Assembly: GCA_002269645.1 (NCBI GenBank)
Contig: NIVC01000814.1
Span: forward strand, 372,001 to 436,000
Reading direction: 5' to 3'
Source: Macrostomum lignano
Lineage: Eukaryota
Length of the DNA stretch: 64,000 nt
The translations under genes and the position numbers were made by a program. Each line of letters starts with the position of its first letter. The stretch's first letter is position 1. The notes beneath the pieces are model-generated. The model saw nothing but the letters and a program-made list of their open reading frames with translations. It had not been told where the DNA came from and searched no databases. Below are positions 25,680-36,899 of the stretch, piece after piece.

Positions 25680-25995
25680 AACTTTGACCTCTCTCCTTAC
25701 TGCTCTCTCATTGGCTGAGCTAAATTGGGCCTGCCCTCTAGCCAGACTGTGCTTTGTCCGTCTGATTTTGACCTCTCTCCTCACTGCTCTCTCATTGGCT
25801 GAGCTAAATTGGGCCTGCCCTCTAGCCAGACTGTGCTTTGTCCGTCTGATTTTGACCTCTCTCCTCACTGCTCTCTCATTGGCTGAGCTAAATTGGTCCC
25901 CTAGGCTGGGTTTCGTCCGTCCAACTTTGACTTCTCTCCTTACTGCCCTCTCACTGGCTGAGCTAGATTGGGCCTGCCCCTAGACTGAGTTTCGT
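25680..25995. repeat. 84-bp tandem repeat, same family as 12485-12837
   Basis: Shares TTTGACCTCTCTCC..ACTGCTCTCTCATTGGCTGAGCTA.ATTGGGCCTGCCC. Confidence 0.92.
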
Positions 25996-26849
25996 CTATA
26001 CTGCGTTCACTTGTGTACATCGAGTTAAATCAAATCCTTATTGTTCATTCTGAACTTATATGACCCTAAGGCCGCAAACCCAGAGCAAGGAAAGGAAATT
26101 TTAGCTTCCACTTTAACTTTAAGCGACACTGCGCAGACAAACTACTGAATAATGAGTAAATGTACTCTTTTTTCACAACAATAACTGCGAGTGAGATATT
26201 TCGTTAGTCTAGTTATATCCTGTGGCATAGATGCACAGAGTACAAAATAAACATGTATGAATACATATCATAAGCATTTACACGCAAAATATAGAGAACT
26301 AAATTCAATATGTCAACAGTTTGTATTAATTGAACAAGCCCTATTTTATATTTCGTTAGGGCCACGACTATTTGCCTGTCCGTAGTGAGTAACTTCAAAA
26401 TTTGCCACGTTTTGTCCATTAATTACCCCATGTAAGCATTTCATCACGTGACTGTTTTATAGTCTACTTATTACTTATCTTTGCACTAGCGAGAAATAAG
26501 TGTGAAATGTTTAATGACCCGCGCGATCGTAATTGGCTATTATTCAACTTAAGTATTCACATACTAAATAATCTAGCATAAAGGGGTAGATAGATAATAA
26601 AGGGGTAGATAGACAATAAACGATGGAAAGCAGTCACGTGATGAAGTTTGTATATGGATTAAGTGTACATTGGGGAGGAAATAAAGAATAATGGCTAAAA
26701 CTAATTGCCATTTGTGCCTGAGTGAATACTTTTATTATCAACCAGGATAAGAAAGAGCTATCAAAACGATTAGGCCATTAAAGTACGTAGTCATTACGAA
26801 TTCAATTTTTAATTCAATTATATTGATAACCCAATATACAGCCAAAAAC

Positions 26850-29021
26850 TTATTGAACTTTCTTATCCTTAACAAGGCCATTTCCGCCGTTATCGCCAGC
26901 GGTTGCTGCGGCCGAGTCTATCCAATGCTCCATGGCGCATTTCTTTGGAAACCAGCCCCTAGAAGCGGAAGCGTCTCTCGCAGACTGAGACTGCTCATCA
27001 GCTAGTAATAGCTGACCGTAGAGCCATTCGCCGTGAGCTCGAGTTACAATCAGTCGCTGACCAGGCGACAATGACAATCGTTTCTCTTCGATCCAGATTG
27101 AGCACGGCTGGCAACAGGCGGTTCTCAAGCCGAAGCTAATAGGAAATCTGGTACCAGTGTAAGCTCGAATAACGCTCGCTAATACAGCCGTACTGGCTTT
27201 ATGCGCCTTTTGCAGCACCTGCTCCTTTGTTAAATCGTATTTGCCGCAATCGGGTGCCAACGGCCAATCGTCCAGGCCGTTGCCAACTGGTCGGCCGGAC
27301 CAGTTTATCACCTGCCGGGTAGGAGGGAGATGGCATCTATTCTCATAGGCGATTGTGCCTAACAGGTACATTTACATATAACTGGGGTCTAACAGGGTAA
27401 CAGGTGTCTAACAGATACATTGGTATCTAACACGTGTCTAACAGATACATTGGTATCTAACAGGTGTCTAACAGGTACATTGGTATCTAACAGGTGTCTA
27501 ACAGGTACATTGGTATCTGACAGGTGTCTAATAGATACATTGGTATCTGACAGGTGTCTAACAGATACATTGGTATCTGACAGGTGTCTAACAGATACAT
27601 TGGTATCTAAAAGGTGTCTAACAGATACATTGGTATCCAACAGGTGTCTAGCAACTAACACACTTTGAGCATAACACGCGTCTGGTTTGTGTGTGTGTGT
27701 GTTATTTTGCGTGTTAACGTTAACAATCCAGAAAAGTCCAACATGCAACTTAATTACCTGCTTAAAGTTTCTCATCCTACCCAAATCGTAGGGATATTGA
27801 AACTTCGGCGGCTGTCCAGCCTCATCAATGGACAAGTGAGCAGTCATGGAGTCGTGCCGGCATTCTAATCGATAATCGGCTTTATCGCAGATCCAAAACT
27901 CGATACCAGTTCGATTGCGTAATATCGATTTTAGCTGAACAAAGAACAGAGCGCCAACTGCTATGGTGGTGCCTAAAGCGAGGCCCAGACAGAAGAATGC
28001 TAACAATACCTCCCACAGGTTCATCATAGCGTAGTCCTCGGTCGGGAACTCAGAGTCCTGATGATAGAACGGATAGAACAGAGTATAATAGACGCAGTAG
28101 GACACAATGACAGCCGAGTGCAGGCAGCCTAACGGGGCGAACAATAGAAAATAGGTGAACTGAGCGTGATTCCGGTGACCGACGCAGGCGTTGATCCATG
28201 GACAGTGATGATCCATCTTGGTGACGCAGCGGCCGCACCTGCTGCAGTGATGCGATCTGCAAATTTTATAATTACAGGTATTTTAGTGTCGCTTTTTTAT
28301 CAGCATAGGTTGCAATTGTTATTATTTTATATATTCTCTCGAGATGAATTATATTGCAATAATCTCGTACATTATATTTTAATCCTGATCATTTCGATCA
28401 TTTATAATTATTATCGTCTGGCTGGTCCCATATACTCGACTCTTACACCATTGATCATCAACATTATCATTGGCAACACCATCACTATCACTGTCATTAC
28501 CAGTATCATCATCATCGAAATCATCATTATCATCACACTTATCATCATTAAAATCATCACCCCACCATCTTCATCATCATCACCACCACCATCATCACAA
28601 TCATAGTATTAATAATAATTTTCATAACTATAATACTCATGCCTTAAAATAATTTCAAAAGAAAAGTACTCAGCTTGTAAGTTAGTCAATAAACCAACGA
28701 AGGCCACTCACCTAGGAGCTTTGTATCCCTTACAGATAGAGCACCATTGCAACAAAGATTTCAGTTGTTGATCGTCTGTCAAATCGATCGGTCTCCAGCC
28801 AATAGGCACAAAACCGGGACCCCAGAACATGGCCTTCAAATAGGTGGACATCACCAGGTAGTATTCAAGCGCGTATACGGCTACGTGCAGCAAATTGCTG
28901 TGCGATTTCAATGGCGGCCACCATATTAGCAGCAGTCGACTAGTATAGATAGCTATATAGAATATGATAAATAGGGCGATTAAGGGGCCCCAGTGCAGGA
29001 CCCGGCGAAGTCTCTGCTTAG
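26850..29021 (-). CDS. ZDHHC6: ZDHHC6 palmitoyltransferase with C-terminal SH3-like domain. Exons ~29021/29013-28712, 28256-27758, 27311-26850; start codon not found
   Basis: LHWGPLIAL, AMFWGPGFVPIGWRP, CKGYKAPR|SHHC..C..CVTKMDHHCPW, FLLFAPLGCLH, YPYDLG, WLYG...RGWFPKKC. Junction phases 2 and 0 are consistent. Confidence 0.92.
27385..27655. repeat. 30-bp minisatellite (ZDHHC6 intron)
   Basis: Unit CTAACAGATACATTGGTATCTRACAGGTGT. Confidence 0.93.
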
Positions 29022-29054
29022 CTGTGCGACAGGAAGAGTCCAGAAAAAGAGTTA

Positions 29055-29478
29055 TGCGTGTGGAGTAGTGGCTAGTCTTTGTTGACTGTAGCTGCGTGTG
29101 GAGTAGTGGCTAGTCTTTGTTGACTGTAGCTGCGTGTGGAGTAGTGGCTAGTCTTTGTTGACTGTAGCTGTGTGTTGGGTGGTGGCCAGTCTTTGTTGAC
29201 TGTAGCTGTGTGTTGGGTGGTGGCTAGTCTTTGTTGACTGTAGCTGTGTGTTGGGTGGTGGCCAGTCTTTGTTGACTGTAGCTGTGTGTTGGGTGGTGGC
29301 CAGTCTTTGTTGACTGTAGCTGTGTGTTGGGTGGTGGCTAGTCTTTGTTGACTGTAGCTGTGTGTTGGGTGGTGGCTAGTCTTTGTTGACTGTAGCTGTG
29401 TGTTGGGTGGTGGCCAGTCTTTGTTGACTGTAGCTGTGTGTTGGGTGGTGGCCAGTCTTTGTTGACTGTAGCTGTGTA
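29055..29478. repeat. 38-bp minisatellite directly upstream of the first visible ZDHHC6 exon
   Basis: Unit GTGTGTTGGGTGGTGGCCAGTCTTTGTTGACTGTAGCT. Confidence 0.95.
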
Positions 29479-30464
29479 TGGGGCGGCTATTCTCGATTTT
29501 ATGTTTAAATCAGTCGATTGAAAATAAATATGCATCAAAGACGAGGTATAATACGTATAACGAAGTAGTGTTATGATATATTTCTAGTTAGTCAACGAAA
29601 TTGACATTGATTATAATTTAGTTGCAAATAGGACACAAAAAATCACAAGACAGGAGTGAACTATCAACCCAACATATCAATATATTTAAAGCTCCAGAAC
29701 CAAATATAAAAACAGAATCGTTTTAGCAATTTTATAATATAGTAGAGATCTAAATTTAATACCGCATACGAGATGAGGATAAATCAGCGCAATAAAACAA
29801 CTGGGAAGTTACCCTAATAACATGGAATAAAAATTAATTTAATAAAAAAGTTATTATAAGTGAAAATTTCATAAATTACTTTTATAAAAAATTGTGCAAG
29901 ATATTTACATCAGATTGGACATGAAGTCCAGATGTGTAATCTTCAAAAGTATTGATAAAGGAAGCCTGAATGTCTCAATTAATGAATTCAAATTATATCT
30001 GAGATATCAGGTAAATTACCAATGTTACGAACTGTTTAGTGTCCTATTCAATTGAGACATTTTTGCATACTTTCTATACTTTTAAGTGAGGTTATTAATT
30101 TAATGTCATTCTAGCATAAAAATCTGATATACCTTAATGCACGAGTATAACAAACAAGAGGTACTTGTAAATGAGCTATATATATAGTATCTGAATATTC
30201 ATAAATAGTCATGCACCTTTTTTAATACAGGATAATAAACAATTAATAAAAAAGAAAAAATGACAATAACAATTGGACGCAAAAAAAAACTTTTTCAACT
30301 CAATTCAACGTAGCCTTAAAAAGGTATAATATAACCATCTAACTATCTAGTCAGAGGAACAGCTCCCAAAAAATGTAAACTATTGAATTATGGATATTTA
30401 ATGAGTTTAGCTCGTATAATCGTTATTCTTTTACCTAGATAAGAAGCTTAGGTTTACAGAAGCT

Positions 30465-30572
30465 TACAATTTACAGAAGCTTACAGTTTATATAAGCTTA
30501 CAGTTCACAGAAGCTCACAGTTTACAGAAGCTTACAGTTTACAGAAGCTTACAGTTTACAGAAGCTTACAGA
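30465..30572. repeat. 17-bp minisatellite downstream of SPPL2
   Basis: Unit TTACAGTTTACAGAAGC. Confidence 0.85.
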
Positions 30573-30706
30573 ATCAGTGCAGTAGCTTGTAAAGGAACAA
30601 TACATCTAAGATTTTGCTTTTAAAGCAGAATTTGTGACCACAGTAACGAAAACAGACGGTCAACCTTTCTTGGAAATATCTTTCAGTTCTTCAGTTGGAA
30701 TTTCAA

Positions 30707-32572
30707 TCACAGAGCACTAGCACTATTAGAAGCCGATGGCGTCTTGGCACTGCTCGGATCATTCTGATTGGCTGAAGAATCCACAACTGCCGCCTCATTC
30801 TGCTGATCACTTAAGACAGCCTGTTGATCTGATGACTCAACATCGAAACGATTGTTCTCGCGATAATCATCCGGAAGCGATGTATGAAAGTATAATTTTA
30901 ATTCTCTTTTAATAGCCGCGCAAAGGTAAGATGTTAGTAGGATTAGAGGAACAATGTAAAGCAAAGCTGGTTGGCCGCTGCCTGTAGCAAAGAGAACGCC
31001 GGCACAGGCGCCAAGTCCAAGCAGGTAGCCAATCATTGACGAGACAAAATAAGGATAGAAACGATTTTTCCAAGCCAAATCGAAGAACAAATTCAGACTG
31101 ATTAGGATAGCCGGCATTATGACATCGCCGAGACCGAGAATTGAGTAGGGCAGCAGGCAGGTGGATACAGACTCAGCCGGAGGATAGGGCATGACCTTAA
31201 ACACAATGGGAATAATCTCCCCGGATAAACCGGCTGTTCCCAAGGCTACGCGTTCCATAAAAGAGCCGCCACGTTCGACGTAATAATCCATAACGGTGTC
31301 ACGCCTAACTCTATTCAAGGTTGAAGCCTCCGTTGACGGCGGGTTCGTTGGACTCGGGCCGCTGCCGCTGCCGCCGCCGCCGCCAGAGAATAGCGGCGTA
31401 ATAAAGACAAAGAAAACGTCGTACACTAGGAAGCATATCAGGATAATTGTAGCAATCTTGATGCGCAGAGCCATAGCCAAGGATTCAATGACGCGCAACA
31501 CGAGTACAACGTTAAGAATATTAGTCAAGATGAAGGCCCAATGAGCATTGCGGAATACAAACCAGATTACGGCAACTGCCAGACAAAATGGATAAACGAT
31601 AAACTCTAAATAAGTGTAAGATATTTTTCCGCAACATTTGCCAAGATCGAATTCTACAGTAGTTGCTAGCCAAGGCCTTGGACCAGTCTCTAGTTTGGCT
31701 TTCACGCAGGCCAGATAGATTCTATTGATATAATAGACGAGACTGCTAGACACGGAATAGCCGTAGAGCACTAGCATTAACCAAACGAAATAGTCGTAAG
31801 CAAAGTTCAATAGCAACAGTATAGTGATTGGAATGGCAAGCAGAATAATAGTGAATATCGCTGTGTGCCACCAAGGCGCGCTAGCATTTACGTCTGGCTC
31901 ATGTTCGGAGTTCGTATTCACATTAGAGGCCAACCTTGAGCGTGTTAACAAGTATTCTTTCAATGCTGTAGCGGCTGTAATGCAAGACAGCACCATAGTG
32001 ACCAATGCGATAGCATACAAAATGAGAAACATGTACTGCTTAGAACCGGAATTGTCGTCGTCTGGCCTATAGAGAGTCGCTTTGACATTCGAATCCGACA
32101 TGAACTGCGACTTAAAGGATTGGTAAGCTACCTTCGATATAACGACAGTTTGAAAGCTCTTAGGTAGAAGGTGCGACTCGGCCGTTAAATAAGTCGGATA
32201 CCTTTCTGACGATACCACAATAAGACCAATGGCACCTTGAGCGAATGCGTTAACAGCCTTATCTGTATAGGTGCAACCACCCAAAGCCAGTATGACAATG
32301 CGATTAGCATAACTGGCATTGTTTCTATTGCATCCGTTGTTTGGATAAGCATCGATAATTGGCTTGCTATCCGACGAGTGGAAAGTGTTGCTCAGATTAA
32401 AGGTTAACGATGGATCGCCGTAGGCGCAATAGTTCTCATAATGAGAATCCGTGGTGCCAACGCGAAGATAAGCAATACCATTGATATTTAAATTCAAGGC
32501 TCTCGCTGTTCCGACTTCGAGTAGGAGAACCAGCAGAACTACCAGCGACAACCAACTTGCTCGTTGGTTCAT
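30707..32572 (-). CDS. SPPL2: Signal peptide peptidase-like 2 (SPPL2A/B-type) GxGD intramembrane aspartyl protease, intronless, 621 aa
   Basis: Signal peptide, PA domain (GGCTYTDKA..A...GA.GLIV), multiple TM helices, YD motif (LVYDVFFVFITP), LGLGD and QPALLYIVP. Confidence 0.9.
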   Translation of the reverse strand: MNQRASWLSLVVLLVLLLEVGTARALNLNINGIAYLRVGTTDSHYENYCAYGDPSLTFNLSNTFHSSDSKPIIDAYPNNGCNRNNASYANRIVILALGGCTYTDKAVNAFAQGAIGLIVVSSERYPTYLTAESHLLPKSFQTVVISKVAYQSFKSQFMSDSNVKATLYRPDDDNSGSKQYMFLILYAIALVTMVLSCITAATALKEYLLTRSRLASNVNTNSEHEPDVNASAPWWHTAIFTIILLAIPITILLLLNFAYDYFVWLMLVLYGYSVSSSLVYYINRIYLACVKAKLETGPRPWLATTVEFDLGKCCGKISYTYLEFIVYPFCLAVAVIWFVFRNAHWAFILTNILNVVLVLRVIESLAMALRIKIATIILICFLVYDVFFVFITPLFSGGGGGSGSGPSPTNPPSTEASTLNRVRRDTVMDYYVERGGSFMERVALGTAGLSGEIIPIVFKVMPYPPAESVSTCLLPYSILGLGDVIMPAILISLNLFFDLAWKNRFYPYFVSSMIGYLLGLGACAGVLFATGSGQPALLYIVPLILLTSYLCAAIKRELKLYFHTSLPDDYRENNRFDVESSDQQAVLSDQQNEAAVVDSSANQNDPSSAKTPSASNSASAL

Positions 32573-33374
32573 TGCTTTCTCTTTGAAGAAAATTGATCGT
32601 TCAAACAAATATTTATATAACTGCTGATCAACTCGTGAAAAATGGTATCATGAAACATTCAAAATATTGTGTCAGTCAGAGTTTACGATTTTAAATTTGG
32701 ATACAAAGCTAGCTAAACAATAACAATTTTAAAAAAACACGAAGACATAAGGCGTACTTTAACTCATAAATTCGCTTCAAATTTAATTTATTAACTAAAC
32801 AAATACAATGCCAGCGAAAAAACAAACAAATATTTACAATTTGTAACAATTAAAAAATCAATCTAATAATTATAACTATTATTACCAAATATATAGAGAC
32901 ACCATAGAAAATTTGCACAACATTCAATAAGTAAGAAGATACAATGAGAGTAACTATTAAACAGACTGATTGATATCTTACAGTGATTTTTTTAATCCAG
33001 TAGTAATAGGACAATATAAAGTATTGTACAATAATAACTAGTGTGTATAGTAGGGTAAAATATGTGGACAATCTGATTGAAAAATCGAAGGAATTTAGTC
33101 GATCATATAACACGATGAACAAGTATTACTGTGTAATTATGCATCTGGGTTGCATATGCATCATTATAATGAGTACAAAAACCAGTAAATTACCAAGCAA
33201 AACCAAGGATTACTAGAATTAGTATAAATGTAGCAACAAAATTGATCGATAGCAACGTATAATTTTTGTTACTAACACAACACCGATTCGTTAAGTTGAA
33301 TGCTACCCGTTTTCGTGCTTGTAAGAATTCTTCAGAATGTACTATAAAGCGATGTTATGAGCGATTCTGTGCTG

Positions 33375-33692
33375 AATTGATTAATTAATTGAATACACCT
33401 GTTCTGATGCGCAGATGTGCAACCGACAGCTCAGCCTCAGCTATTGCGCAGCGCATCTGAAGGCTGCGTACGGCTATTCAGTCTAAGAACTTCAGCTACA
33501 AAGGTTCGCCACATAGCCTCAAATACCCCAGCCAATGCAGGCACCCATTTTACAGCTGGGTGAACTGAAGCAATGCAGAGTCAATTGGCTTGCTCAAGGA
33601 CAAAAATAAAGTTCCGAATGGGTCGAGAATCGAACCCCTGACTTTTCAGTTGTGAGTTAGAGTTAGACGTCTAACCACTAGGCTACAACCCC
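33375..33692 (-). mobile_element. tRNA-derived CORE-SINE
   Basis: Minus strand carries an A box (TAGCCTAGTGG), a B box (GGTTCGATTC), then GTCCTTGAGCAAG...TCAGTTCACCCAGCTGTAAAATGGG (33545-33603) resembling the MIR/CORE domain, and an AT-rich simple tail. Confidence 0.72.
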
Positions 33693-34244
33693 TAGATTTC
33701 AACCTTTTGGATCGAACAGGTACTCAGTGCAAGTGGTCTTCTGTAAGTTTTTTGGAGTAATTTAACATTGAACAGATTTAAGGACGTCAAGCTAGGGGTC
33801 AAGGGACAACATCCATATGATTGTGTGTCTTCCTGAATTTAGACCCCGGATGCCGGAGTCTCAGTGGTTTAAAGTGTCCAAAGGTAGATATATAAGTATG
33901 TATCTGATTTAGACTGATTCCGGTTGGCGTCCTGGTTTTCGAATGCCAAATTATAATACGATTTTTCTCTGACGCATACTCATAAAACCGAGTTTGAAAG
34001 GCTCAATTTTCTTTGTCAGTTAATTAGTATCTTTACCCTATATCTGTATCATTTCTAATGTACTAAATCGAATAGATTTATTAACAATCGACCGGATAAT
34101 AAATGATGCCTGCAGCTCACATCAAGGAATTTTTCTGTTAAATAAGGTAACGTAGTTCTAGGCGTTATTAAGCAAGAAAGATAGGAACCCTCCAAGCAGG
34201 GTGTCTTGATGAAACTATTGACGAATGCCAGTTGCAACGCTGTG

Positions 34245-35363
<1,119 letters not shown>

Positions 35364-36107
35364 ACTAAATCACTCTTGTTTGAATAAAATCATGCAAATT
35401 ATCAATAAAAAAGTATAGATTCATAAAGCATAATTGTAACTACTTTATACTTGACCTATCTAAGTATGAAATTTGATTACATCAAAACTATTATTAAATT
35501 CTAACAGTAATAAAAGCAAAATAAATTGAAATCAAATAAGTTACACAATCAATCAGAACACAAATACTGGACACTGTCTTTATTTACTTAGCAGATTAAT
35601 AAGAAATCAATATTTTAAAACGAATTATAAAAAAATCTTATTTAACACGACAACTACATGTTGATATCACAAAATGGCACAAATGTCATTGTGCCTTACA
35701 GTAGTATAATTGGACATGTAAACGACACAACCAGGAAGAAGAGTAGTTAGCTAGTAGTATGAAGAGACATGAAATTCATATGTACATTGCAGTACATTAT
35801 GAATAAGAATTTAAGCAGATAATTTAACTAACAAAAACAATTATTCCAAGACTCGAAAATTAGTATAGGAAAGATTTTTAAGACATTCAGATTAAAATGT
35901 ACCAAAAACCCTACTATAACCAACAGCGATGACCAAAAGCGAAAAATAACAATGCAGCCTAAGCGTCGCAAATTAAAACTACTCCTATGATTTAAGGCGA
36001 AAATTTCTATTCTTACAGAATTTTGAACCAATTTACCATAAACTATGACCCAACAAGTATCATAGAAAACTTACTATGCCGTTGCTACGGCAATAAAACA
36101 ACAAAGC

Positions 36108-36802
36108 AACTGAAGCTGCGGTTGCTATGGAGATAATGGCAAATAACTGCATAGCAACTAAAGCTGCGGTTGCTATGATGATAATAACGCACAACTGCAT
36201 AGCAACTAAAGCTGCGGTTGCTATGGAGATAATAGCAAATAGCTGCATAGCAACTAAAGTTGCGGTTGCTATGGAGATAATAGCAAATAGCTGCATAGCA
36301 ACTAAAGCTGCGGTTGCTATGGAGATAATGGCAAATAACTGCACAGCAACTAAAGCTGCGGTTGCTATGATGATAATAACGCGTAACTGCATAGCAACTA
36401 AAGCTGTGGTTGCTATGATGATAATAACGCGTAACTGCATAGCAACTAAAGCTGTGGTTGCTATGATGATAATAACGCGTAACTGCATAGCAACTAAAGC
36501 TGTGGTTGCTATGATGATAATAACGCACAACTGCATAGCAACTAAAGCTGTGGTTGCTATGATGATAATAGCAAATAGCTGCATAGCAACTAAAGCTGCG
36601 GTTGCTATGGAGATAATAGCAAATAGCTGCATAGCAACTAAAGCTGCGGTTGCTATGGAGATAATGGCAAATAGCTGCATAGCAACTAAAGCTGCGGTTG
36701 CTATGGAGATAATAGCAAATAGCTGCATAGCAACTAAAGCTGCGGTTGCTATGGAGATAATAGCAAATAGCTGCATAGCAACCAAAGCTGCGGTTGCTAT
36801 GG
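36108..36802. repeat. 48-bp minisatellite with a 9-bp hairpin per unit, just downstream of the RAB3GAP1 stop
   Basis: Unit CATAGCAACTAAAGCTGCGGTTGCTATGGAGATAATAGCAAATAGCTG. Confidence 0.95.
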
Positions 36803-36899
36803 TTATAAATTAAATCGCGCATAAAGTCATAGACTGCAAAGCAACTAGTATTCAATTGAGGGCATAGTAACTAACGGTTGCTATGCAAACAGGCCGCAA

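Noticed and set aside
27389-27757. Repeat-encoded C-terminal tail (VRHLLDTNVS)n on ZDHHC6
   Set aside because: It is intron read-through. The SH3 exon at 27311 continues the homology in phase.
36060-36855. Long ORFs on both strands (241, 256 and 228 aa)
   Set aside because: These are translations of a stop-free 48-bp minisatellite, not genes.
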